DNA of 64,000 nt from Terracidiphilus sp. (GTDB lineage Bacteria > Acidobacteriota > Terriglobia > Terriglobales > Acidobacteriaceae), in NCBI GenBank assembly GCA_050014575.1, contig JBEKDB010000013.1, positions 32-64,031 on the forward strand. Direction: 5' to 3'. This document shows, in pieces, positions 28,802-38,846 of this stretch; the stretch's first letter is position 1; each line of letters opens with the position of its first letter. The notes beneath the pieces were generated by a model. The model saw only the letters and a list, made by a program, of their open reading frames with translations. It was not told the DNA's origin and searched no databases. The translations under genes and the position numbers were made by a program.

Positions 28802-30079
28802 TTGCGCATCATTCTCTCGAACATCGGCACCTTCGGCGACATCAATCCGCTGATCGCCATCGCTCTGGAACTGAAGCGGCGGGGCCACGCGCCGGTGATG
28901 GCCGTGCCGGGGGTCTTCGAGCCAAAGATCACGCCTCTGGGCCTGGAGTTTCACGCCATCCGGCCGGATATCGACCCCGAGGACACGCACCGGGCGGAGA
29001 TGATCTACGACGTGCGCAAGGGCACGGAGCGGGGTCTGCGCGAGTTTCTGTTTCCGGTGCTGCGCCAGACCTACGACGACCTGCTGGACGCGGCCACCAA
29101 GCCGGAGCGGGCGGACCTGCTGCTGCTGGGCGAGTTGAACTATGCGGGGCCGCTGGTAGCCGAGGTGACGGGGATTCCGTGGGCGAGCTACGTGCTGGCG
29201 CCGCTGTCGTTCTTCTCCGCCTTCGACCCGCCGGTTTTACCCCCATACCCGCGGCTGGCGCGGGCAGACAAGGCGGTGCCGGGTTTCGGACGGGTGATCA
29301 GGCGGCTGGCGCGGTTTGTGAGCCGCAAGTGGCCGCAGCCGATCTACGATCTGCGCGCCGAACTGGGGCTGCCCAAGGGCGCGAATCCACTCTTTGACGC
29401 CAAGCACTCGCCCTACCTGGTGCTCGCGCTTTTCTCGCGGGTTCTGGGCACCGAGCAGAAGGATTGGCCGGAGAATACTAAGATTACGGGGTTTTGCTAC
29501 TACGATTCGGATGCGGGAAACGGGTCGCTGCCGCCGCATCTTGAGGAGTTTCTGGCGGCCGGCCCGCCGCCGCTGGTCTTTACGCTGGGGTCGGCGGCGG
29601 TGCTGGTGGCGGGGCGCTTCTTCGAGTTCTCAGCCAGGGCGGCCATCAAGCTGGGAGTGCGGGCGGTTCTGCTCATCGGTTCCGATCCGCGCAACCGGCC
29701 GCGGCAGGCGCTGCCTGAGACCATCTTTGCGGCCGAATACGCGCCCTATTCCAAGCTGCTTCCGCGCGCGGCCATGGTGGTGCATCAGGGCGGAGTGGGC
29801 ACGACGGCGCAGTGCCTGCAGGCGGGCAAGCCGATGCTGATCATGCCCTACTCGCACGACCAGCCGGACAATGCCAGGCGAATGCTGCGGCTGAAGGTGG
29901 CGCGGGTGATTCAGCGCGGGAACTATACGCCGGCTAGGGTGGCGCGCAAGCTGAAGGCGATGCTGGCGGAGCCGCTGTTTGCGCGGCGCGCGGAGCAGGT
30001 GGCGCGGCGGCTGGAGCAGGAGGACGGCGTGAGATCGGCGTGCGATGCGCTGGAAGAGCTTTATCGGAGCACGCGGTAG
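28802..30079 (+). CDS. Glycosyltransferase family 1 (UDP-glycosyltransferase)
   Basis: GTFGDINPLIAIALEL..RGH; C-terminal VVHQGGVGTTAQCLQAGKPMLIMPYSHDQPDNA UDPGT signature. Confidence 0.9.
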   Translation: MRIILSNIGTFGDINPLIAIALELKRRGHAPVMAVPGVFEPKITPLGLEFHAIRPDIDPEDTHRAEMIYDVRKGTERGLREFLFPVLRQTYDDLLDAATKPERADLLLLGELNYAGPLVAEVTGIPWASYVLAPLSFFSAFDPPVLPPYPRLARADKAVPGFGRVIRRLARFVSRKWPQPIYDLRAELGLPKGANPLFDAKHSPYLVLALFSRVLGTEQKDWPENTKITGFCYYDSDAGNGSLPPHLEEFLAAGPPPLVFTLGSAAVLVAGRFFEFSARAAIKLGVRAVLLIGSDPRNRPRQALPETIFAAEYAPYSKLLPRAAMVVHQGGVGTTAQCLQAGKPMLIMPYSHDQPDNARRMLRLKVARVIQRGNYTPARVARKLKAMLAEPLFARRAEQVARRLEQEDGVRSACDALEELYRSTR

Positions 30080-30107
30080 AGGGCCCGCGGGATTGACCGA
30101 AGGCCTT

Positions 30108-30174
30108 CCCTCTGGGGCTAAAGCCCGCGATGATTCTGTTGGCTTTATGCGGGGGTTGAAACCCCCGCCTCCCT
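30108..30174. repeat. REP-like element (GGGGCTAAAGCCC family)
   Basis: ccctctggggctaaagcccgc...gcgggggttgaaacccccgc, related to 6591-6656; lies between convergent genes. Confidence 0.65.
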
Positions 30175-30230
30175 CCAGTTCGAGTTTTTTTGCGGCCAAA
30201 CCCTTCATCAAAATGAGGAAACCCGAGACG

Positions 30231-31556
30231 CTATCGAAAGAAGCTGAAGCGCTTCTTCTTTCCCGGCTGCTCGCACATGCCGCAGGCGGCTCGGGCCATC
30301 TGGTGGATCGCTCTGGAGATGGGCGAGTCTTCAAAGGCGATGGGTGTTGCGGCGTTCTGGGTGCGGCGGGCCGTGGCATAGTCGTCGGGGATTCTCCACT
30401 CGGCCGGCCTGGTGAGGGCCTTGGTAATATGCTCCTCATCGAACCCCAGGGCGTGCGGCGCATAGCGGTTGAGCACGATCTGCAGGGTGTGGATGCGGTG
30501 GGCGAAGAAGTGGGAGATCATGCGATTGGCGTTTCTAAGCTCCGAGACGCCGATCTGGGTGACCAGGTAGACGATGGCGGAATCTTCAAAGAGAGTCGAG
30601 CTCTTTAGGTCGACTCTGGAGCCGGCGTCAACGACGACGAAGTCGTAGTTCTGGCGGGCGACGAAGAGAAGCTTGTCGATGACGGCGGAATTGGGCGGGG
30701 TCTTGAAGAATTCGCTGGGAGCGGCGAGCACGTGCAGGCCCGAGGCATGTTCCGTCATCAGGGAGGCGAGGAAGCTGGCATCCAGGCGGTCTGAATCCTG
30801 AAAGGCGTTGGCTGTGGAGTACCTGGGGGACATGCCGAGGTTAATGGCGACGTCACCGAGAGGGAGGCCGAGGTCGATCAGGAGAGTGGATTGTCCAGAC
30901 TCCTGGGCCAGGCAAACGGCAAAATTGGAGGCCAGCGTGGTGACTCCACAGCCGCCTTTCGCGCCCAGGAAGACGAAGGATTTCTTGGCGGTGCTCTTGG
31001 CTGGGCGAGGCACGGGAGGGCGGACCACGACCCGGGCGAGAGCGTCGGCCATGTCGGCGGTGGCGAGCGGCAGTTTGAGGAACTCGCGGGCGCCGGCGCG
31101 CATGGCGCTTATGGCCATTTCCAGATCGGGACTGGCCGAATAGACCATTACGGTTGCCCGGCCAAGGGCGCAGATGCTCTTCAGCATGGCGAGGGCGAGC
31201 GCCGGGTCGGTGTCTAGCTCAAGGATGACGAGGTCGTAATCCTTCGCCAGCGCAATGTGGATGTCGTCGATATCGTTGGAGGGGTAAGAAGCAAACTCGT
31301 GGATGGAGACCCCGGAGTTGCGGCTGTGTGGCTTGGCGAGCGGGCTTTCGGCGGGGTCGTCGTCAACCTTTTGCTCCAGTGCTCGGCTCTCCATCCCAAT
31401 CCGGCACCAAGAGAGAGCGGCGGCAATCGCTTTGCGCTGCTGTTCGTTGGGACCGATCAGCGCAATGGACAATACGCCTGCATCGGGAACGTCGAGAATT
31501 TGAAGTAACACCGGCATTGTGCAGTCGCTGCTCCCACTTGCTTGCAACACTGCCAA
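30231..31556 (-). CDS. CpaE/TadZ-like protein (receiver-like domain + MinD-type ATPase)
   Basis: AMRAGAREFL receiver-like segment; GAKGGCGVTTLASNFA deviant Walker A; LLIDL, YDFVVVD. Confidence 0.82.
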   Translation of the reverse strand: MAVLQASGSSDCTMPVLLQILDVPDAGVLSIALIGPNEQQRKAIAAALSWCRIGMESRALEQKVDDDPAESPLAKPHSRNSGVSIHEFASYPSNDIDDIHIALAKDYDLVILELDTDPALALAMLKSICALGRATVMVYSASPDLEMAISAMRAGAREFLKLPLATADMADALARVVVRPPVPRPAKSTAKKSFVFLGAKGGCGVTTLASNFAVCLAQESGQSTLLIDLGLPLGDVAINLGMSPRYSTANAFQDSDRLDASFLASLMTEHASGLHVLAAPSEFFKTPPNSAVIDKLLFVARQNYDFVVVDAGSRVDLKSSTLFEDSAIVYLVTQIGVSELRNANRMISHFFAHRIHTLQIVLNRYAPHALGFDEEHITKALTRPAEWRIPDDYATARRTQNAATPIAFEDSPISRAIHQMARAACGMCEQPGKKKRFSFFR

Positions 31557-31720
31557 GTTTCATTCGAGAAGGGTGAAGCGTCCGAGCCCTTTCCAGCAGT
31601 GCGCGATATTGCTTTGGTGACTCTCCAACTTCCTTTTGAGGTCATGCTCCGGCGAACGGGTTCGAAGCACAAGGGCGGGCATTCCACGCCGGCTCCGCGA
31701 GCGGCCGGAACGGCAGCCTG

Positions 31721-32116
31721 CTACTGAGATAAAGCGAAAGTGACTTCCACCTTGACCGTGGATTGGGCGTCCGCCGGGACAAATTTCCATTTGCGGACGG
31801 CATCCTCGGCGGCAGGCGAGAGAGCGCGGCTGCCGCTGACGGCCTTTGCATCGGTAACTTTGCCGTCGGGGTCCACGGTTGCCTGGACTGTCACCAAGCC
31901 TGTTATTCTCAAGCGCCTGGCTATCTCCGGGTAAACCGGCGCCACGCGCGACTTGACGGCGCGATCATCTGCCGCCCGGACGGGCAAAGCCAGGGGCAAC
32001 AGCAACGCCAGCGCGGCTGCCTGAAACAGCCAGAAGCCCCCGCGCCGCAACCGGCGGGGACTGATTCCGAAACGAAGTGAATTCATTGACCCTCCTGAAG
32101 ATTGCAGGTCCCTCAA
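31721..32116 (-). CDS. Small exported TonB C-terminal-domain protein
   Basis: Signal peptide then RVAPVYPEIARRLRITGLVTVQATVDPDGKV...AAEDAVRKWKF; start may be 32086. Confidence 0.82.
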   Translation of the reverse strand: MRDLQSSGGSMNSLRFGISPRRLRRGGFWLFQAAALALLLPLALPVRAADDRAVKSRVAPVYPEIARRLRITGLVTVQATVDPDGKVTDAKAVSGSRALSPAAEDAVRKWKFVPADAQSTVKVEVTFALSQ

Positions 32117-32204
32117 TTGTGTTATCGGCGACAGGGAGGGCCGGGATGAGTGAATTCTTAGATTCTGATTACAAAGGGAATCAACCGCTCAGGGGCGGGC
32201 GTTG

Positions 32205-32780
32205 CTAGGAGCCCAGGCCGACGGCGGCGAAGGTGAGGTCTTCGGCGGGCGAGTTGTGCCGCTCCCGCCAGAGGTCGAAGAGGCGGCCGTAGCTGAGGGT
32301 GATGTACTCGGCCGGATCGATGCCCAGGCGGGCGGCGGTTTCATCTATCCAAGTGGCGGAGCCTTCGAGTTCGGCGTAGTTGCCGATGGGAGTCTCATCC
32401 ACCACGCAGTGGCCCTTGCCGTCGGTCCACTCGGCGCGCCACTTTTCGTAGCGGAAGGCGGGAACCAGACCGAGAGACTGAAAGACCTGGGCCAGGGCGG
32501 CGCCGTCGGAGATTTCGGTCTCGGTCTCGATGCGGTGCTTGTGGGTGTCCTCGCCGGGGCCAACGTCGGGCAGGCGCTTGTGGGTGAGGAGGCAGCGCCC
32601 GTTGTAGCTGCGGATGCGCAGAATCTCCGTGCGGGCGCGCATCTGCCGGTCGGGCGTGTCGTAGAGGGTGTTCGACTCGAAGGCGCGCGGGGTTTGCAGC
32701 GTAAAGCCGGCGGCCTGGAGGCGCGCGGCGAGGCCGGGAAGGTCTTCGACGCGGAATTTGATCTCGGTTTCGACGGGCAT
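32205..32780 (-). CDS. CYTH-domain protein (class IV adenylate cyclase-like)
   Basis: ETEIKF (ExExK), LRIR, YEKWR, DETPIGNYAELEG. Confidence 0.9.
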   Translation of the reverse strand: MPVETEIKFRVEDLPGLAARLQAAGFTLQTPRAFESNTLYDTPDRQMRARTEILRIRSYNGRCLLTHKRLPDVGPGEDTHKHRIETETEISDGAALAQVFQSLGLVPAFRYEKWRAEWTDGKGHCVVDETPIGNYAELEGSATWIDETAARLGIDPAEYITLSYGRLFDLWRERHNSPAEDLTFAAVGLGS

Positions 32781-32826
32781 CGGTTGCAGTGAGTATACGG
32801 CAGGTGGCGGCGCAAGCGCGGACTGC

Positions 32827-34712
32827 CTAATTCTTCGGAGTTTGCAAAGGCGCTTGCCGAGCACTGCCCCAAGTGGCGGCGCCAGACCTTCGCCTCACGA
32901 CATGACCGGAGTCTTTTGCCCATGTGCGCGCGGCCTCTTCCAACTTCGCATTTCCGCAGCTCAGAAAGTCGTCAGCCATGGATATAGTTCCGGACTCCTC
33001 GAGTGCGTTGATCAACACATCCTCTGACCCCGGTTCACCGCGTTCGATAAAGAAATTATGAGATCCGACGATCGCTTCCGCATCGCGCCTCTTGAATGCT
33101 GCCTGTAGCGCATTGGCTGCGCGGCGATCCCTGATTTCGCCCAACGCCCTAGCTGCACTATTTCGGTCGCCGGCAGTCCTGCTCTTAAGAAGGGCAATCA
33201 GCGGTCCGACGGCGCGGCGGTCTTTGATTTCACCCAGCGCAAGTGCCGCACTCCCACGAACGCCGACATCCGTGTCTTCGAGGGCGGCGATCAGAGGCTC
33301 GACCGCACGGGGATCCTTTGTTTTGCCCAGTGCCCAGGCCGCACTCATCCGGACGTTGGCATCCGTGTCCTTGAGGGTGGCGATCAAGGGCGCCACTGAG
33401 CGCGGATCCATGAATGTTCCCAACAAGAAAGATGCGGTATCTCGCACATTTGAATCGGTGTCTTGCAGCGCAGCAATGAGGGGCTCGACTGCGCGGGGAT
33501 CCCACGGGCCGACTATCCCAGAGACCGCTACGGCCCGGACTTTGGGGATTCTGATCTCGAAGTGCAGCGACGAGAGGATCAAACGTGCGAGGGTCCCGGA
33601 TGCCTCCCAAAGCGGAAGCTGCCCCTCTTCGCACCTGCCAGTCAGGATCTTTCATGGCAATGATCAGCTGCTCGACGGCTGGGCGGCCGACCTTCATCAA
33701 GGCGCTGGCTGCATTGCCTCGGACAGTACTCTCCTGGTCTCTGAGGGTTGCGATCAAAGGTTCGATCGCGGGCGTTCCGATTCTGGCCAGCGCACTGACC
33801 GCCTGATCCCGGACGTTAAAATCCTTGTTTTTCAATGCGGCTATCAAGGGCTCGACCGCGCGTGGATCTCCGATGTCGCCCAAGGCTTCGACTGCGGCCA
33901 CTTGTGGGGAATGCTGGGTCGTTCAGCGCGGCGATCAACGGGTCAACCGCGCGAGCGTCCTTGATCTGACCCAATGCCTTGGCCGCGCCGAACCGGACGG
34001 AAAGATCCTTGTCCTTTAATGCCGCGACCAGCGGCACGACCGCGCTCGGGTCCTTGATCTTGCCCAGTGCTTCTGTCGCGCCGATTCGGACAAGCCGATC
34101 AGGGTCTTGGAGCGCTGCATTCAGGGGTTCGACCGAGCGAGGGTCTTCGAACTTTCCCAACAACAAAACCGCAGTCTGGCGCACTCTGCTACTCGGGTCT
34201 TTCAACGCGGCGATCACGGGCTCAACGGCCTGCGTTCCGAAGCCTTCCAGCACCGTGACCGAGAAGGCTGCGTATCTGTACGGATCCTTCAGGATTCCCA
34301 ACATTGGTTCGACAGCGCGGGGGTCCTTGATTTCACCCAAAGCACGGAACGCTTCCCAGCAGACCACACTTTCTGAGCTTCTAAGGGCTTCGATCAGGGG
34401 TTCGACAGCGCGCGGATCCTTTGTTTCACCTAGCGCCTTGGCTGCAATTCCGCGCAGGGGTGTGTCTCCCGTATCCTTCAGTGCGGCGATTAGCGGATCG
34501 ACGGCCCGGGGATCTTTGCTCCTGCCCAACGCTTCAGCCGCATGCCACCGGACTTCAGGATCCGCGTCTTTCAAGGCTGCGGTCTCTTGACCAACGTCAT
34601 CGATTTGGCCTAACCCGGCTGGAACGCGTGCGATTCCGTAGGAAAACAGCAAGATGCCCACGACAAGGTTGGGACGCAACTGCCAAGAGCGGCGGACTTT
34701 TAACGGATTCAT
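32827..34712 (-). pseudogene. HEAT/PBS-lyase repeat protein split into three frames by two +1 frameshifts
   Basis: DPRAVEPLIAALKD repeats continue across ORFs 33816-34712, 33230-33901 and 32827-33582; each join needs removal of one base in a GGGG run (33906-33909, 33544-33547). Confidence 0.85.
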
Positions 34713-34871
34713 ACGATCTCCTCCAAATCAGCGATACGGAGGGCAAGATGCGACATTCAACTCCGGCGTAAGGGCAAAGGTTCTCGAAGCGGAGGCCTTC
34801 TTGTTCCGCATCCACTATACCGTGTGGCAATCAGGTGGCGGCGGCTGGCTCAGAAAGGCGACAATGAAAGC

Positions 34872-35939
34872 GTGAAGACGCTGCGATTGGTTGTGGACCC
34901 GGCGCACCTCGATACTGCTGAATCTCGAGAAACACTAGAGCGCGCGGCGCGGATTTTGCGCGGCGGCGGGCTGGTGGCGCTGCCTACCGAGACTGTGTAC
35001 GGGCTAGGAGCGAATGCGTTGGACGCCGCGGCGGTGGGGCGCATCTTCGCGGCCAAGCAGAGGCCGGCTTGGGACCCAATCATTGTCCATATTGCCGGCC
35101 CCGAATGCGGAAAGGCCATGCTGGAGGAACTGGTCGAGGAGGTTCCTGAAGCGGCGCGGCGGCTGATGGAGGCTTTCTGGCCGGGGCCGTTGACGCTGCT
35201 GCTAAAACGCTCGGCGGCGGTGCCGGACGCGGTGACGGCAGGGCGCGCGCTGGTGGGGGTGCGCATGCCGGCGCATCCGGTGGCGCTGGAGCTGATCCGG
35301 CTGGCCGGAGTTCCGGTGGCCGCGCCCAGCGCCAATCTGTTTGGCCACGTGAGCCCGACCACCGCCGCGCACGTGCTCCAGGATCTGGACGGGCGGATCG
35401 ACGCGGTGGTGGACGCGGGCCCGACGGGGCTGGGGGTGGAGTCTACGGTACTCGACCCTTGCCGGACGCCGATGGTGATTTACAGGCCGGGAGCGGTGAC
35501 GGCGGAGCAGATTCGGGCGGTGGCCGGAGCGGCGGAGGTGTTTCGCGGCGGCGGAGAGTTGGCGGAAGCGCCCGGGACTGGGCTGGCGTCGCCGGGGTTG
35601 GGGCTGCGCCATTATGCGCCGCGGGCGCGGCTGGGGCTGGTGGAAGCGCCGCTGGCCGAGCTGGGCGCGCGGCTGGCCGAGGCGGCGTTGGGCTTCCCCG
35701 CGGAGCGGTTGGGGTTCATGTTGCCAGCAGAGGTTGCCGCGCCGGTTGAAGACGCCGCTGTCTTTATGTGGGGGCGGTGGTCCGCGCCAGAGGAGTTGGC
35801 GCGCGACCTCTATGCGGGGCTGCGGGCGCTGGATGCGGAGGGATGCACGGTGATTCTCTGCCCCCTGCCGCCGGATGAAGGGGTTGGCGCGGCGATTCGC
35901 GACCGGCTGCGGAAGGCCGCGTACTCGGCTGCGACGTAG
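34872..35939 (+). CDS. sua5: L-threonylcarbamoyladenylate synthase (Sua5/TsaC with SUA5 domain)
   Basis: VALPTETVYGLGA, KQRPAWDPIIVH, FWPGPLT, APSANLFG..SPT, GVESTV, SPGLGLRHYAP. Confidence 0.93.
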   Translation: MKTLRLVVDPAHLDTAESRETLERAARILRGGGLVALPTETVYGLGANALDAAAVGRIFAAKQRPAWDPIIVHIAGPECGKAMLEELVEEVPEAARRLMEAFWPGPLTLLLKRSAAVPDAVTAGRALVGVRMPAHPVALELIRLAGVPVAAPSANLFGHVSPTTAAHVLQDLDGRIDAVVDAGPTGLGVESTVLDPCRTPMVIYRPGAVTAEQIRAVAGAAEVFRGGGELAEAPGTGLASPGLGLRHYAPRARLGLVEAPLAELGARLAEAALGFPAERLGFMLPAEVAAPVEDAAVFMWGRWSAPEELARDLYAGLRALDAEGCTVILCPLPPDEGVGAAIRDRLRKAAYSAAT

Positions 35940-35942
35940 AAC

Positions 35943-36287
35943 CTACTGTCCGGCGTCGCCCACCTTGTACATATACTTGATGGCGGACTTGTACACGAGG
36001 GTCTTCTGGCGGCCGCGGACCTTGAGGGCATAGCGGTCGTACCACTCGATGCAACCGTCAATCTGTTCGCCATCCTCCAGGATGATGACCATGGGGGTCT
36101 GCGACTGGATCTGCTTTTGCAGGTAGAAGAGCTCGGCCTGGCGCTGCGCGGCCTCGTCGAAGACGGCGAGCGCCGCAAATCGGAAAGGAAGCGGAGCGGG
36201 CGCGGCGCGGCGGTTGCGCGAAAGCGGCTGGCTGGCTCCTGGGCCACTGTTGTTTCGGACGGTGGGAAGTGTGGCTTGACTGCTCAT
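35943..36287 (-). CDS. Hfq-like (Sm-fold) RNA chaperone paralog with N-terminal extension
   Basis: LFYLQKQIQSQTPMVIILEDGEQIDGCIEWYDRYALKV...LVYKSAI aligns by eye with the Hfq Sm1/Sm2 motifs. Confidence 0.78.
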   Translation of the reverse strand: MSSQATLPTVRNNSGPGASQPLSRNRRAAPAPLPFRFAALAVFDEAAQRQAELFYLQKQIQSQTPMVIILEDGEQIDGCIEWYDRYALKVRGRQKTLVYKSAIKYMYKVGDAGQ

Positions 36288-36651
36288 GGGAAACAACCCT
36301 TCTGGAAAAACGTGGAACGTGAAAACGCCGCCGGCGTTGGCAGGTGGAGATGGGATGGCGGCAGGGCCGCTTCAGCACCCCGGTTCCTACTTGATGACGT
36401 TTGCCGCAGCCGGAAAAACTCTTTGAAAACGGAAAAATCTCTGCCCAGCGGTTGAGGAGACGCCAGACACCGGGCACCTATGGCTGAGACGGCCCGTCGT
36501 GTACCGGAGTGGAACTATTGCTGGGATTACTTGTAGAAACAGATGCCTGGGATTGCGCGCGGGTTGCACTTAATTTCGAATCGGGGAGGGCTGGTCCGGT
36601 TGCCGGTCGATTGCGGACCAGTTGCGGGTCGGGTCGCCGGTCAATCTCGGG

Positions 36652-37752
36652 CTAATTGCGATCCAGGCTGGCGGCCATGGCGTCGAGGGAGAGCGAGCGG
36701 AGGAGGTTGCGGCGCATGCCTTGCTCGACCTGAACGAGGGCGCGGGCGGCCGAGTCGATCCAGTCGATGCTGAGGCCCTGGGCAAGGCGGGCGAGCTCTG
36801 CTTCGAGGTCGATATTGCGGATGAGCTGGGGCGTTCCGGCAACGATCAGGAGCAGATCTTCAATAAGGCTGCCGAAGGCGCGGAGCAGGTTGATGGTCTT
36901 TTCCTGGCCGTCGGCGCCGGCGCGGTAGCTTTCGGTGGCGTGGAAGAGCCGCGCGTAGTCGGGCTCGCTGAGGGAGGTGCGCAGCAGGATGAGGGCATCC
37001 TGGCGGCTGGCCAGATAGACGTCGAGGTCGAGGGTGAGCGCGCGGCCCACGGCCCCTTCGGCGAGGCGGGCGGCGAGGGCGCGGTCGGCGGGCTTGAGTT
37101 GGGGGCGGCGAACTGCCAGCAGGGCTTCAAGCTCGGCGGCGGGCAGTGCGCCAAGGCGGTGGATGACGGCGCGGGAGCGCATGGTGGGAAGCATCTCCTG
37201 CGGGTTCTCGGTGAGCAGGATCAGCGAAGTGTGGTCGGGCGGCTCTTCCAAAACCTTGAGCAGGCTGTTGGCCGCCTCCCTCATAAACGCTGAAGAAGTA
37301 AAGATAGTAAAAGCACGAAGTGCCTCGACCGGCGGGCGGTAGTAGGCGGCGTGAATCGCCTGGCGGACCTGGCCCACCTTGATGAGCAGTTGCGGCGGGT
37401 CGGGCGGGATGATGAGTACGTCGGGATGGGTCTGGATGAGGATGCGGGTCTCGCGCTTGTCGGTCTCCCGCAGGGCGTCGCGGGCTTCGACGGCCTCGTC
37501 CACCAGCGCCTCGAGGCCAGCCGCGAGGCCGATGCGCGCGCAGTTGCGGCAGACACCGCAGAAGTCGGGCAGGCCGTCGGTTTCGCTGGGTTGCAGGCAG
37601 TTGACGGCTTTGGCCAGCATCAGGGCCAGGGTGTACTTGCCTGCCCCGCGCGGCCCGGCCAGGATGAGCGAGTGGGGAAAACGCCCGGCGCGAATGCTCT
37701 CGCGGAGATGGGTGACGGTCTGCGCGTTGCCGAGGAACTCCTGAAAGCCCAC
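36652..37752 (-). CDS. holB: DNA polymerase III subunit delta'
   Basis: HSLILAGPRGAGK, CGVCRNC Zn site, HPDVL, EAANSLLKVLEEPP, LPTMRSR. Confidence 0.92.
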   Translation of the reverse strand: MGFQEFLGNAQTVTHLRESIRAGRFPHSLILAGPRGAGKYTLALMLAKAVNCLQPSETDGLPDFCGVCRNCARIGLAAGLEALVDEAVEARDALRETDKRETRILIQTHPDVLIIPPDPPQLLIKVGQVRQAIHAAYYRPPVEALRAFTIFTSSAFMREAANSLLKVLEEPPDHTSLILLTENPQEMLPTMRSRAVIHRLGALPAAELEALLAVRRPQLKPADRALAARLAEGAVGRALTLDLDVYLASRQDALILLRTSLSEPDYARLFHATESYRAGADGQEKTINLLRAFGSLIEDLLLIVAGTPQLIRNIDLEAELARLAQGLSIDWIDSAARALVQVEQGMRRNLLRSLSLDAMAASLDRN

Positions 37753-37820
37753 GGATTGAGTTTAGAGCATCGCGCGGGAGCGGAGGCTCGTGACTTCTCT
37801 CGGATGCGGCGGAGGAAGCC

Positions 37821-37882
37821 GCAGGTCCTTCGACTCCGCTTCCCCTTCGCTCTGCTCAGGGTCCGGTCGCTCAGGATGACAG
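37821..37882. repeat. REP-like element (CTTCGACTC...CAGGATGAC family)
   Basis: gcaggtccttcgactccgc...cgctcaggatgacag matches 4967-5015. Confidence 0.7.
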
Positions 37883-37967
37883 GGAGGATGGAGCGCGGCG
37901 CATTCTCGCGCATCCCGCACCGTGTCCGCCGCGGCGGACGAGACCGGAAGCGCCTCGGAAAACAATT

Positions 37968-38008
37968 TGTCAAGAAAACTTGACATTGTCTGACCCATTG
38001 TGTAAAGT
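37968..38008 (+). promoter_or_regulatory. Sigma-70 promoter with an overlapping palindromic operator
   Basis: TTGACA (37980-37985), 17 nt, TAAAGT (38003-38008); perfect inverted repeat TGTCAAG-AAAA-CTTGACA (37968-37985) covers the -35. Confidence 0.7.
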
Positions 38009-38038
38009 AAAGCTGTCTTTAAGTAAAGGAGACCACTC

Positions 38039-38443
38039 ATGAACTGCTCAACCAACAATCCCGCTGCCCGCCGCTATATGGGTCGCTTTTCCGTAACCAT
38101 GCTGCTCTACGTCGTGTTCCTTGTTCTGGCCGTATGGACGTTTGTTCATTGTCACCCGACCGGTCCGTTGGCCTGGCTGCTGGCGGTCCTTCCGGCGCTG
38201 GCCATCATCGGGCAGATTGCCGCCTTCGGCATGTACCTGCGCGAAGAGAAGGACGAGTTCCAAGTTGCCCTCGGAGTTCAGTCCATGCTCTGGGGCATTG
38301 GAGGAACGCTTGCCGTGACGGTGACCTGGGGATTTCTGGAGAACTTCCTTCAGCTCCGGCACCTGGATTTGATCTGGATTTACCCGATCTTCTGCGCCCT
38401 GAGCGGCATCGCCTACGGGCTGCTCCAGTTGAGGTACAAATGA
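38039..38443 (+). CDS. Four-TM membrane protein
   Basis: Four hydrophobic segments, YLREEKDEFQ loop; RBS AAGGAG; ATGA overlap with the XRE gene. Confidence 0.8.
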   Translation: MNCSTNNPAARRYMGRFSVTMLLYVVFLVLAVWTFVHCHPTGPLAWLLAVLPALAIIGQIAAFGMYLREEKDEFQVALGVQSMLWGIGGTLAVTVTWGFLENFLQLRHLDLIWIYPIFCALSGIAYGLLQLRYK

Positions 38444-38634
38444 AAAACCGACTGCGTGTTCTTCGTGCTGAAAGGGACTGGTCGCAGGCCGACCTTGCCC
38501 AGCGGCTGGAGGTTTCGCGCCAGTCGGTGAATGCCATCGAGACGGGGAAGTTCGACCCCAGCCTTCCCCTGGCCTTCAAGGTGGCCCGTCTGTTTGAGAC
38601 CACCATCGAGGCCATCTTCACGGACGAGAGCTAG
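38440..38634 (+). CDS. XRE-family helix-turn-helix transcriptional regulator
   Basis: MKNRLRVLRAERDWSQADLAQRLEVSRQSVNAIETGKFDPSLPLAFKVARLF. Confidence 0.93.
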   Translation: MKNRLRVLRAERDWSQADLAQRLEVSRQSVNAIETGKFDPSLPLAFKVARLFETTIEAIFTDES

Positions 38635-38846
38635 GTCTCTGTCCGCGTGATCTCGTACTTGGCGATTGGGTGCTGAGGATCCCACTCTAGGCGCAAAAAC
38701 AGAGGCGCGCCGAGGGTGGGGCACCCAGTTTTGGTACAACGACAAGCGGTCAAAGGCTTGGGCGTGGTGTATCCTCGTGGACGAAGTGGAATGCTGCCGG
38801 GCGCGGCACGAAAATGCGCCGCGGTGAAGCGGGGAGAGAGTCTCGA

